A stretch of DNA of 64,000 nt, from the NCBI GenBank assembly GCA_963792415.1, contig CAWBVY010000006.1, positions 640,001-704,000 on the forward strand, given 5' to 3'. The position numbers and the translations under genes are program-made. Each line of letters starts with the position of its first letter. Positions within the stretch are counted from its first letter, which is position 1. Below are positions 54,672 to 63,531 of this stretch, one piece after another. Below the pieces are notes generated by a model. It was not told where the DNA came from. It did not search any database and was given only the letters and a program-made list of their open reading frames with translations. This DNA comes from Candidatus Deferrimicrobiaceae bacterium (GTDB lineage: Bacteria > Desulfobacterota > Deferrimicrobia > Deferrimicrobiales > Deferrimicrobiaceae).

Positions 54672-54803
54672 GCCCGTCCATTTTTCCATTATCGAGGGTA
54701 CCCCAGGGACTGTATCCCGTCCGGGAGTGGGGCGCCCGTCCATTTTTCCATTATCGAGGGTACCCAAGGGGGTGTATTTCATCCGGGAGCGGGGCGCCCG
54801 TCC
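54672..54803 (-). repeat. Two tandem 62-bp units plus a terminal GCCCGTCC, right arm of the inverted pair
   Basis: gcccgtccatttttccattatcgagggtaccc begins at 54672 and 54734; gcccgtcc recurs at 54796. Confidence 0.92.
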
Positions 54804-56308
54804 CGGGAGGAGAGGTACTCCACGAGGAGGCGGACCGGCGCGCCCGAGGGCCCCGGGGCGTACCCGCGCTTCTCCTTCTCCACCCAGGCGGTGCCGGCGA
54901 TGTCGAAGTGGACCCACGGGGTGCCGCCCACGAACTCCTGGAGGAAGCGGGCGGCGGTGATCGTCCCGGCCTCGCCGCCGCCGATGTTCTTCAACTCCCC
55001 GATCTCGCTCTTGATCTGCTCGAAATACTCCTCGTGCAGCGGCAGCTCCCACGCCTTCTCCCCCGAGGCCGCGGATGCCGCCTTCATCCGGGAGAGCATC
55101 CCCTCGTCGTTCCCCATCATGCCGATATTGACGCTCCCGAGCGCCACGATGCAGGCGCCCGTGAGGGTCGCCGCGTCCAGCATCTCCTTCGGCCGGTATT
55201 TACGGACGGCGTACGTCATCGCGTCCGCCAGGATGAGACGGCCCTCGGCGTCGGTCGAGAGGATCTCGACGGTCTTTCCCGACATCATCCGAAGGACGTC
55301 GCCGGGACGGTACGCGGTCCCGGACGGCATGTTCTCCACGCAGGGGACGACGGCGACGAGGTTCCGCCGGATCCCGAGGGCGGCGGCGGCCCGAAGGGTC
55401 GCCAGCATCCCGGCGCCCCCCGCCATGTCGTACTTCATCTTCTCCATCCCCTCCCACTTCTTGAGGGAGATGCCCCCGGTGTCGAAGGTGACCCCTTTCC
55501 CGACGAGGGCGGTCCAGGGGGATCCGGGGCTCCCGCCGCGGTACTCCGCGACGACCAGGCGCGGCGGCGCGGGGCTCCCCTTCGCCACGGCGAGGATCCC
55601 CCCGGCCTTCAGGGCGGAAAGTTCGGGGAGACCCAGGACGCGGACGCGCACCTTGCGCGCGGCAACGGCGCCGACCCCGCGGCCCACCCCCCGCGCGGCG
55701 CGGGCCAGATCGCTGGGCCGGAGTTCCGCCGGCGGGGTCGCCACGAGGGAGCGGCCCCAGTTGATCGCCTCGCCGACCCGGGCCCCCCGGGACACTCCCG
55801 CGCGTACGGCGCGGAACGCCTTCGCGTCCCGCTCGACAAAAAGAAACCGGGCGACGCGGTGCGCCTTCTCCTCCTTGTACCGGTCGAACGCGAAGGCCGA
55901 CAGGGCGGCGCCGAGGGCGCAGAAGCGCGCGGCGGTCCCGGGGTCGATCCCCCCCGCGCCCGCCCCGTGGACGACGGACGCAACGGTGGAAAGCTTGAGG
56001 CGCTTCGCCTCCTTCAGGACCGGCAGAACGGCCTGGCGCGCGTGGTCCGATGTGAATTTCTCCTTCTTCCCGAGGCCGACCACAAGGACCCGCGGGGAGG
56101 AGAGGCCCCGGGAGGGACGCAGGGAAAGGGTTTCCCCGAACTTCCCGGTGAAGTCGCCTCCACGGACCGCCGCCGCGATCGCCCCCCCGATCGCGGCATC
56201 GACCGCTGCGGCGGCCCCGCCGGGCCGCTTCGCCCCCTCGAACAGGTTCACCACCACCATGTCCGCCTTGACCGCGCGGATGTCTGCGGAAATGCAATCG
56301 ATGCGCAT
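54779..56308 (-). CDS. pepA: Leucyl aminopeptidase (M17)
   Basis: GKGVTFDTGG, KYDMAG, ENMP, TDAEGRL, ATLTGA and HFDIAGT. Confidence 0.97.
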   Translation of the reverse strand: MRIDCISADIRAVKADMVVVNLFEGAKRPGGAAAAVDAAIGGAIAAAVRGGDFTGKFGETLSLRPSRGLSSPRVLVVGLGKKEKFTSDHARQAVLPVLKEAKRLKLSTVASVVHGAGAGGIDPGTAARFCALGAALSAFAFDRYKEEKAHRVARFLFVERDAKAFRAVRAGVSRGARVGEAINWGRSLVATPPAELRPSDLARAARGVGRGVGAVAARKVRVRVLGLPELSALKAGGILAVAKGSPAPPRLVVAEYRGGSPGSPWTALVGKGVTFDTGGISLKKWEGMEKMKYDMAGGAGMLATLRAAAALGIRRNLVAVVPCVENMPSGTAYRPGDVLRMMSGKTVEILSTDAEGRLILADAMTYAVRKYRPKEMLDAATLTGACIVALGSVNIGMMGNDEGMLSRMKAASAASGEKAWELPLHEEYFEQIKSEIGELKNIGGGEAGTITAARFLQEFVGGTPWVHFDIAGTAWVEKEKRGYAPGPSGAPVRLLVEYLSSRDGRPAPG

Positions 56309-56344
56309 CGTTTCATCCCCTGTGGCGTATCTTGGCCGCTGATT

Positions 56345-56374
56345 ACATTACTGACGCCTTCACGGGATTGTCAA
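56345..56374 (-). promoter_or_regulatory. Putative promoter of pepA
   Basis: TTGACA-N18-TAATGT. Confidence 0.5.
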
Positions 56375-56392
56375 GGCGGCGGGCGGAAGGAA

Positions 56393-56424
56393 ACGGCCCG
56401 GGAGGGTCTTTCCCACCGGGCCGT
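56393..56424 (-). terminator. Hairpin downstream of livF
   Basis: acggcccgg...ccgggccgt inverted repeat flanked by A/T runs. Confidence 0.55.
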
Positions 56425-56445
56425 AAAAAGGACAACCTCGTTTCC

Positions 56446-57150
56446 CTAAATCCCCAGGTACGCCTCTTTCACGTGGGGGTCGTTCATGAGGTTCTTTCCG
56501 GTCCCCTCCAGAACGACCCGCCCGTTCTCGAGCACGTAGGCGCGGTCGCACATGGCGAGGGTCTGGCGGACGTTCTGCTCCACCAGCATGACCGTGACCC
56601 CCTCCCTGTTGATCCGTTTCGCGATCTCGAAGACTTCCTGCACCAGGATGGGGGAGAGCCCGAGCGACGGCTCGTCGAACATCAGGACCTTCGGAAGGGC
56701 CATCAGCCCCCGCCCGATGGCGCACATCTGCTGCTCCCCGCCGCTCAACGTCCCGGCGGCCTGTTTCCGCCGCTCCTTCATCCGCGGGAAGAGCTCGTAG
56801 ACCCACTCCATCGTCTCGTACCGCTTCTTTCTCGCCTTTGGGGAGAGGGAACCCATGATGAGGTTCTCCTCGACGGACATCTCCCGGAACAGACGACGCG
56901 CTTCGGGGACGTGGACCACCCCCTGGCCAATCACCTTGTCGGGAGACATCGTGTCCATGCGGACGCCCTCGAACTCGATGGAACCCTTCCGGGGCTTCAG
57001 GAGGCCCGAGATCGTCTTGAGGGTGGTCGATTTCCCCGCCCCGTTGGCCCCCACCAGGACCAGGATCTCCTTCTCGCGCACCTCGAAGGAGACGTCCCAG
57101 AGGACCTGGAGGTCGCCGTAGAATACGTCGATGCCGGATACCTTAAGCAT
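56446..57150 (-). CDS. livF: Branched-chain amino acid ABC transporter ATPase
   Basis: GANGAGKST, LSGGEQQM, DEPSLGL and VEQN. Confidence 0.93.
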   Translation of the reverse strand: MLKVSGIDVFYGDLQVLWDVSFEVREKEILVLVGANGAGKSTTLKTISGLLKPRKGSIEFEGVRMDTMSPDKVIGQGVVHVPEARRLFREMSVEENLIMGSLSPKARKKRYETMEWVYELFPRMKERRKQAAGTLSGGEQQMCAIGRGLMALPKVLMFDEPSLGLSPILVQEVFEIAKRINREGVTVMLVEQNVRQTLAMCDRAYVLENGRVVLEGTGKNLMNDPHVKEAYLGI

Positions 57151-57862
57151 AGTCCGTCCCCAGGTACGCCTCGATGACCGCCTGGTTCGCCGCCACCTCC
57201 GACGGCGTCCCCTCGGCGATCGTCTGGCCGAAGTTGATCGCGTGGATCCGGTCGGAGATGGTCATGATCACGTGCATGATGTGCTCGATGATGATGATGG
57301 TGGTGCCGCTCGCCCGGATCTTCTGGATCAGGTCGATGGCCTCGACGAGCTCGGAGGGATTCAGTCCCGCCGCTGTCTCGTCGAGCAGCAGGAGTTCCGG
57401 CCGGGTGGCCATCGCGCGGGTGATCTCCAGCCGCTTGCGCCCGGCGATCGGCAGCGCCTTGGCCAGCACGTCCTTTACCGGCATGAGACCGCAGAAGTCG
57501 ATCGCCTTCAGCGCCTCCTCCCTCGCCTTTTGATAACCGTTCACCCGGGAGTACGCGGCGGCGATCACGTTGTCCAGGACGGTCATCCGCCCCAGGGGCT
57601 TGACGACCTGGAAGGTCCGCCCGATCCCCAGGTGGCAGATCTTGTGCGTCGGCAACCGGTGGATCTCCCTCCCCTGGAAGAGGACCTTCCCGGAGGTGGG
57701 CCGGTGGTACCCGCTGATCATGTTGAACGTCGTCGTCTTCCCGGAGCCGTTGGGGCCGATGAGCCCGAAGATCTCCCCCTGCGCCACCTCGAAGGAGACC
57801 CCGTCGACCGCGGCGAGCCCCCCGAAATATTTCACCAGACTGTCGACCTGGAAGTACGCCAT
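57143..57862 (-). CDS. livG: Branched-chain amino acid ABC transporter ATPase
   Basis: FGGLAAV, GPNGSGKTT, RTFQ, LLDE and VIEAYLG. Confidence 0.93.
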   Translation of the reverse strand: MAYFQVDSLVKYFGGLAAVDGVSFEVAQGEIFGLIGPNGSGKTTTFNMISGYHRPTSGKVLFQGREIHRLPTHKICHLGIGRTFQVVKPLGRMTVLDNVIAAAYSRVNGYQKAREEALKAIDFCGLMPVKDVLAKALPIAGRKRLEITRAMATRPELLLLDETAAGLNPSELVEAIDLIQKIRASGTTIIIIEHIMHVIMTISDRIHAINFGQTIAEGTPSEVAANQAVIEAYLGTDYA

Positions 57863-57872
57863 GCCCTGCTCC

Positions 57873-58877
57873 TCAGCTCCCGGCGCCGAGCCGGAACACG
57901 CGCTTGCGGATCTTCGGCCAGTCGCCGACGATCCCGTTGGGGAGGACGAGGATCACCACGACCACCAGGAGCCCGAACCCGAGGACGTGCGCCTGGGTCA
58001 GGACCTCCGCGACCTTGACCAGGCTGGCGGACCCGGAGACGGCGCCCAGCCACTTGAAGAGGCCGAAGAAGCCGGAGCGGAACAGCTCCTGCACGGCGAC
58101 CATCACGAAGGCGCCGACGGCGGGGCCGTAGACCGTCCCCACGCCGCCGACAATGCCGACGAGGATCGCCATGATGGAGATGTCGTGCAGGCTGAAGACG
58201 ACGTGGGGGTCGATGAACCCCATGTAGTTCATGTACAAGGCGCCGGCCATCCCGGTCCAGAAGGCCGCGTACGCAAGGGAGAGCATCTTGTAGAAGTGCG
58301 TGTCGATCCCGAGACTTTCCGCGGCGTCCTGGTCCTCCCGGATGGAGACGAAGTAGTACCCCGGCTTGGAGTGGACGACCCACTGGAGGCTGGCGAGGCT
58401 CGCCACCGCCATCGCCAGGGCGATGTAATAGTAGGGGACCTTCGACACGAAGGAAGGCATGATGAGGATGCCGACCATTCCGCCCGTGAACCCTTCCGCG
58501 ATGGTCGCGCCGTGCCGCAGGACCTCGTTCAGCGCCAGCGTCGCCAGCGCGAAGTAGGCGCCGCGCATCCGGAAGCAGATCCACCCGAACGGGAGACCCA
58601 CCGCGATGGCGGTGAACCCCCCGAAGGCCAGCCCCCACCAGGTGGAAACCCCCAGGTGCGTCGCCAGCAGGGCCGCGGTGTACGCGCCGCAGCCGAAGAA
58701 GGCCGCGTCCCCGAACGACACCTGCCCGGTGTACCCCGCGATGAGGTTCCACGCCGAGCCGATCACGACCCACATCAGGAAGAGGATCATCAGGTGCAGG
58801 TAGTAGTTGTCCTTCACCGCCAGCGGAAGGCCCGCGAGCAGGGCGACGAAAACGAGGGGGGGAAGGCTCTTCTTCAC
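57873..58877 (-). CDS. livM: Branched-chain amino acid ABC transporter permease
   Basis: WNLIAGYTGQVSFG, YFALATLA, SIREDQDAA and VGGVGT. Confidence 0.92.
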   Translation of the reverse strand: MKKSLPPLVFVALLAGLPLAVKDNYYLHLMILFLMWVVIGSAWNLIAGYTGQVSFGDAAFFGCGAYTAALLATHLGVSTWWGLAFGGFTAIAVGLPFGWICFRMRGAYFALATLALNEVLRHGATIAEGFTGGMVGILIMPSFVSKVPYYYIALAMAVASLASLQWVVHSKPGYYFVSIREDQDAAESLGIDTHFYKMLSLAYAAFWTGMAGALYMNYMGFIDPHVVFSLHDISIMAILVGIVGGVGTVYGPAVGAFVMVAVQELFRSGFFGLFKWLGAVSGSASLVKVAEVLTQAHVLGFGLLVVVVILVLPNGIVGDWPKIRKRVFRLGAGS

Positions 58878-58886
58878 GGCGCGCCC

Positions 58887-59759
58887 CTAAATTTTCGTCA
58901 GGCGCTTGAAGCCGCCCGGCAGGAAGAGGAGTACGAGCACGAAGATCGTCAGGCCGATGATGTCCTCGTACTCCATGCCGAAGTACGTCGCCCCCATGCT
59001 TTCGGCCAGCCCCAGGGTCACCCCCCCGAAGATGGCCCCCACCGTCGACCCCAGGCCGCCCAGGATGGTGATGATGAAGGCCTTCGCCGTGAACGGCCCC
59101 CCGAGGTCCGGGAAGATGTAGTACACCGGCGCGAGCAGGCACCCCGCGGCGGCCACCAGCCCGGAGCCCAGGCCGAAGGTGATCACCGTGATCCGCCCCG
59201 TGTTCACGCCCATGAGGGTCGCCGCGTCCTTGTCCTGGGCGGTCGCCCGGATGGAGCGCCCGAGGTCGGTCTTGACGAGGAAGAAGAACATGGCGACGGT
59301 GAAGGCGATGGCGATCCCGAACGCGATCGTCAGGGCGCTGCTGAAGGAGATATTCCCGAAGTAGAAGGTCTGGTTGGAATACGTTGTGGTGATGTACTTG
59401 TAGTCCGAGGAGAAGATGAACCGGACGACCTCGGTCAGAACCATTCCGATCCCCACCGTCATGAGCACCTGGTTCTCGGGGAGGATCGTGTCCGCCTTGA
59501 GGAGGGGGTTGAGCAGGAACTTCTGGATCGCCACGCCCAGCAGGAACAGGAGGGGCATGGCGATGAAGAGCGAGAAGTACGGGTCGACCCCCATCGTGTT
59601 GAGGACGAAGGTCACGTACATCGCCAGCATCATCAGCTGCCCGTGGGCCAGGTTGATGATCCCCATCACCCCCATGATCAGGGTCATCCCGATCCCGATC
59701 AGGGCGTACAGCCCGCCCTTGAGAACCCCCGCCACGAGGGTCTGCAGGAAAACGTCCAT
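58887..59759 (-). CDS. livH: Branched-chain amino acid ABC transporter permease
   Basis: YALIGIG, INLAHG, GRSIRATAQD and LGGLGS. Confidence 0.92.
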   Translation of the reverse strand: MDVFLQTLVAGVLKGGLYALIGIGMTLIMGVMGIINLAHGQLMMLAMYVTFVLNTMGVDPYFSLFIAMPLLFLLGVAIQKFLLNPLLKADTILPENQVLMTVGIGMVLTEVVRFIFSSDYKYITTTYSNQTFYFGNISFSSALTIAFGIAIAFTVAMFFFLVKTDLGRSIRATAQDKDAATLMGVNTGRITVITFGLGSGLVAAAGCLLAPVYYIFPDLGGPFTAKAFIITILGGLGSTVGAIFGGVTLGLAESMGATYFGMEYEDIIGLTIFVLVLLFLPGGFKRLTKI

Positions 59760-59833
59760 TCCTTCGCTCCCGCCTTGTCCGGCCGGGTCCACCCACCGGC
59801 GGACACGGTTGCATTCGAGCACCGACGAATACC

Positions 59834-59871
59834 GCCGCCGGGCGGACGGCAAGAATCTTCCGCCCGGCGGC
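59834..59871. terminator. Intercistronic hairpin after livK (terminator or mRNA stabiliser)
   Basis: gccgccgggcgga...tccgcccggcggc, a 13-bp stem. Confidence 0.55.
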
Positions 59872-59899
59872 TACACGGAGGAAAGCCCTCCCGGAACGC

Positions 59900-61108
59900 T
59901 TACTTGCGGTTCTCCCAGTGCGGCGTCGGGTAGATGTACTTCTTCGTGGCCACGCTCGTCGGCCACACCGCCTCGAGCTCCCCCTTCTGCCACTGGACCA
60001 TGTACGTGTCGACCTGGTTCTGCTGGGTCTTCTTCCCGTAGGAGACGAACTTGACCGGCCCGAAGGCGGTCTTCAGGTCCGTCTTGGTCAGGGCGTCCCG
60101 GACGTCCTTGGGGGTGATGCTCTTCGCCCGCTTCAGGGCGTCCGCGACGACATATATCACCGCGTACGCCTCCGCGCCGTGGTATTCGGTCTCGTCGTTG
60201 TACTTCTTCTTGTAATTGTTGTAATACTCCCTGGCGCCAGGGAACGGCAACGTCTGGACCCAGAGCGTGGCGGAGTAAACGTAGTCCGCCGCATCGCCCG
60301 CGCTCTTGCCGAACTCGGGGAGGGTGAACCCGGCCCCGCCGCCGACGAACAGCTTGGGCGTGATCCGCAGCTCCTTCGACTGGCGCATCAGCAGGGAGGC
60401 GTCCATGACGTAGGAGACCATGTAGATCAGGTCGGGGTTCGCCGCCTTGACCTTGGTGAGGATCGGCTTGAAGTCGATCGCGCCCGCCTGGTACCCTTCC
60501 TTCACCACGATCTTCAGGCCGAGCTCCTCGGCGTCCTTTTCGAACGACTTCGAGCTGGACTGGCCGAACGAACTGTTTTCGTACAGGAGCGCGACGGTCT
60601 TCACGTCCTTCGCCACTCCCTGGAGGAAGGTCTTCACCGCGTTGGGGTATTCGCTGGCCGGGGGGTTGATGCGGAAGATGTAGTCGTACCCCTTCTCCGT
60701 GATGTCGTCCGCGGAACCCGTGCAGATGACGAACGGCACCTTGAACTGCTGGGCGACGGGGGCCGCGGCGGCGGTGACGGAGCTCGAGTAGCCGCCCGTG
60801 ATAATGGGGACGTTTTCCCGGGAGATCAGCTTCTCGACCCCCGAGCGCCCGACGTCCGGTTTCCCGGTGTCGTCCTCGAAGAGCAGTTCGATCTTCTTCC
60901 CGTTGACCCCGCCCTTCGCGTTGATCTCCTCGGTCGCCATCTCCATGGAGCGCTTCTCGATCTCGCCGAACTTCGCCTGCGAGCCGGTCAGGGGGAGCAG
61001 CACGCCCACCTTGATGGTTTCCGCCGCGAACCCGGTGGATGCGGCCACGACCAGCGACAGGATCGCCGCGACGACAACAAACGCCTTACCGACAATTCCC
61101 TTCATCAT
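59900..61108 (-). CDS. livK: Branched-chain amino acid ABC transporter substrate-binding protein (LivK/LivJ family)
   Basis: Signal peptide, IKVGVLLPLTG, INAKGGVNGKKIEL and DDTGKP. Confidence 0.9.
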   Translation of the reverse strand: MMKGIVGKAFVVVAAILSLVVAASTGFAAETIKVGVLLPLTGSQAKFGEIEKRSMEMATEEINAKGGVNGKKIELLFEDDTGKPDVGRSGVEKLISRENVPIITGGYSSSVTAAAAPVAQQFKVPFVICTGSADDITEKGYDYIFRINPPASEYPNAVKTFLQGVAKDVKTVALLYENSSFGQSSSKSFEKDAEELGLKIVVKEGYQAGAIDFKPILTKVKAANPDLIYMVSYVMDASLLMRQSKELRITPKLFVGGGAGFTLPEFGKSAGDAADYVYSATLWVQTLPFPGAREYYNNYKKKYNDETEYHGAEAYAVIYVVADALKRAKSITPKDVRDALTKTDLKTAFGPVKFVSYGKKTQQNQVDTYMVQWQKGELEAVWPTSVATKKYIYPTPHWENRK

Positions 61109-61285
61109 TTCTTCCCTCCCTCGCATTTTCGCCGCCCTCCGGCCGAATATCTGCCGCGGACCCAGCGCTATCTGAATGAGGTTCACGGGCCAATCCCGCC
61201 GGGGAAGTATAGCAGGGAAAAGGGAGCAAGGTCATCGGGGGAATTTTTTTCCCCTGTGCGAGACCGCACGCCGGCCATGGCAGCA

Positions 61286-61314
61286 TTGACATTGCGGGAT
61301 GGGTATATTACGGT
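61286..61314 (+). promoter_or_regulatory. Putative promoter of bamD (leaderless geometry)
   Basis: TTGACA-N17-TACGGT, then 6 nt to the ATG; no SD. Confidence 0.5.
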
Positions 61315-61320
61315 TTCGAG

Positions 61321-62694
61321 ATGCGGAGAACGCGCTTTTTCCTCGCCGCCGGGGCGGCCCTGATGCTCCTTTTTTCCTCCGGATGTTCCGAAAAACTCTC
61401 CCGACAGACGGGGCTCACCGACGCCGATCTGTTCGCGCGCGGGCAGCAACAGGCGGAGCGGAAAAAGTACGGGGCCGCCGCGGAGGCCTTCCAGGTCCTC
61501 GTCGAGCGGTTCCCCTCCTCTCCCCTGGCGGCGCAGGCGCAGTTCGGTCTCGCTACGAACCGGATGGCCAACAAGGAAGAGATCGAGGCCGAGGTGGCGT
61601 TCGACGACTTCCTGCGCCTCTACCCCGCGGATCCGAAGGTCCCCGACGCCCTGTTCATGAAGGGCAACCTGCTCTCCCGGCAGGCCCTGGCGCCCGGAAG
61701 GGACCAGGGGAAGACGCGGGAGGCGATCAAGACGTACACGCTGTTCCTCGAGAAGGAGCCGGACACCCCCCGCGCCCGGGAAGTCTCCGGGAAGATCCTC
61801 GAGCTGCGAAGCCGGCTGGCCTTGCACGAGGCGACCGTGGTGCAACACTTCCTCACCAGGAAAATGTACGAAAGCGCCGAGGCACGGGCCCGTCGGGCGG
61901 TCGCGACGTACCACGACGTGCCGGTCGCCGCGACGCTCTACGCCCAGCTCGCACAGTCGCTCGAAAAACAGGGGAAGAAGGAGGACGCGGAGATTGTCCG
62001 GAAGACGCTGGCGGAAAACTACCCCGATGCGGCGGGGAAGAAGCCGGTTGCCGTATCGAGCCTCGCCAGAGAGTATAAAACGAGTTCGCCGCGCCGGGCC
62101 CGCCGGGGCCGGTACGAGGTCACCCTCCAGCCGCGCTACGTCGCTTCCAAGGAGATCGGAGCCGATGGAGGCTCGAAGCTCGAGCTCGACCCGGCACTCG
62201 GTTTCGGATTGGGATTCGGCTACAACTTCACCAACAAGCTCGCCCTGCACCTCGACGGGTCATGGACCCGGTCGGACTACAAGGCGAAGATCACCACGAC
62301 CGACAGCGGCGGGATTTCCACCGGCGCGACGACGGTCAGCGGGGTCCTGGACACCGCCACGGTCGCCCTCAACCTGAGCTACTACTTCCTGGACGGTCCG
62401 TTGACCCCCTTCGTCATCGGCGGGGTCGGCTGGGCGTTCGTGGACTCGAACATCCCCTCCGGGCCCCCCGAAGGCGTCTGCTGGTGGGACCCCTGGTACG
62501 GCTACGTCTGCGGTTACTACCAGAACACCTACACCAAGAATTATTTCTCGTACAATCTCGGGATCGGCGCCCGCTGGGACGTGGTCCCCGACTTCTTCCT
62601 GCGCGGCAGCGTGGGGGTGCAGTGGGTCGATCTCGGCCGGGCGGGAACCACGGACTTCTTGGGCGGGCGGCTGGACCTCGGCTACATGTTCTGA
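61321..62694 (+). CDS. bamD: Outer-membrane assembly lipoprotein BamD fused in frame to an OmpA-like beta-barrel
   Basis: Lipobox SSG-C; TPR motifs 'ERFPSSPLA', 'FLRLYP', 'RDQGKT', 'LALHE' up to ~62045. Then amphipathic strands (GFGLGFGYNF, TPFVIGGVGW, YNLGIGARW) ending LGYMF. Confidence 0.85.
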   Translation: MRRTRFFLAAGAALMLLFSSGCSEKLSRQTGLTDADLFARGQQQAERKKYGAAAEAFQVLVERFPSSPLAAQAQFGLATNRMANKEEIEAEVAFDDFLRLYPADPKVPDALFMKGNLLSRQALAPGRDQGKTREAIKTYTLFLEKEPDTPRAREVSGKILELRSRLALHEATVVQHFLTRKMYESAEARARRAVATYHDVPVAATLYAQLAQSLEKQGKKEDAEIVRKTLAENYPDAAGKKPVAVSSLAREYKTSSPRRARRGRYEVTLQPRYVASKEIGADGGSKLELDPALGFGLGFGYNFTNKLALHLDGSWTRSDYKAKITTTDSGGISTGATTVSGVLDTATVALNLSYYFLDGPLTPFVIGGVGWAFVDSNIPSGPPEGVCWWDPWYGYVCGYYQNTYTKNYFSYNLGIGARWDVVPDFFLRGSVGVQWVDLGRAGTTDFLGGRLDLGYMF

Positions 62695-62728
62695 ACGGCC
62701 GGAGGACGTCGTAGGAATGGAGGACACC

Positions 62729-62779
62729 ATGCTTCGAACGAGGAATGTCGCCGTAGTCGTCGGTACCACGATGCGATGA
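62729..62779 (+). other. 16-aa small ORF (MLRTRNVAVVVGTTMR) overlapping the TPR gene start
   Basis: GGAGG SD 5 nt upstream of the ATG; its TGA overlaps the ATG at 62776 (ATGA). Confidence 0.35.
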
Positions 62780-63492
62780 GCCGGGAACTGGCCGGGCTGA
62801 TCCGGATGGGAAAGAACGCCTTCAGCGAGGCGGACTGCCTGCGGGCCGAGCGGCACCTGCTCGAGGCCCTCGAGGGCGGCGCGAAATACCCCGACATCCA
62901 TTACACGCTGGGCCTGATCGACCACCAGCGGGGGAATTACCGTCGGGCGGTCGAGCGGTTCGGGCAGGCGGTCTCCCTCCACCCCGACTACACCGAGGCG
63001 CTGCTGTCCCTCTCCATCACGCTGAACGACATGGGCCGGTACGACGAGGCGCGGCACGCCTACGACCGCGCCGCGGAGATCCTCTCCCGGGAGGGGGGAT
63101 CGCCCGGGAAGAACCTGTTCCGCGGGCGGATCGCGAACCTGCACAAGGAGCTCGGGGAACTCTACCTCGCGCTGGGCCAGCACGACGACGCGATCCGGGA
63201 ATACCGGCACGCCCTCTCCATCGCGCCGGAATACCCCGACCTTCGGGTTCGACTGGTGACGGCGCTCCGTGAAGCGGGGCGGACGGACGAGGCGCGCAAC
63301 GAGGTGGACGCGTTTCTCGCGGAGATCCCCGAAAACGCGGCGGCCCTCATCCAGAAGGGGATCCTGCACTACCTCGCCGGGGAGAAGGCGCAGGCGCGAC
63401 GCGCGTGGGAAGAGGCGCATTACAAGGAGCCGCTCAACAAGATCGTCCAGGTGTACCTGAACACCATCGACCGGGAAAACCCGCCCGGGTGA
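62776..63492 (+). CDS. Tetratricopeptide repeat protein
   Basis: Repeated TPR patterns (YPDIHYTLG, PDYTEALLSL, PEYPDLRVRL). Confidence 0.88.
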   Translation: MSRELAGLIRMGKNAFSEADCLRAERHLLEALEGGAKYPDIHYTLGLIDHQRGNYRRAVERFGQAVSLHPDYTEALLSLSITLNDMGRYDEARHAYDRAAEILSREGGSPGKNLFRGRIANLHKELGELYLALGQHDDAIREYRHALSIAPEYPDLRVRLVTALREAGRTDEARNEVDAFLAEIPENAAALIQKGILHYLAGEKAQARRAWEEAHYKEPLNKIVQVYLNTIDRENPPG

Positions 63493-63531
63493 AAGCCGTG
63501 AACCCGCGCTGCGGCTAATGCCGCGTCCGGC

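Noticed and set aside
54672-54803. Possible mini CRISPR array (constant ~32 bp plus variable ~30 bp)
   Set aside because: There are only two units, the 'spacers' are clearly homologous to each other, and no cas genes are present.
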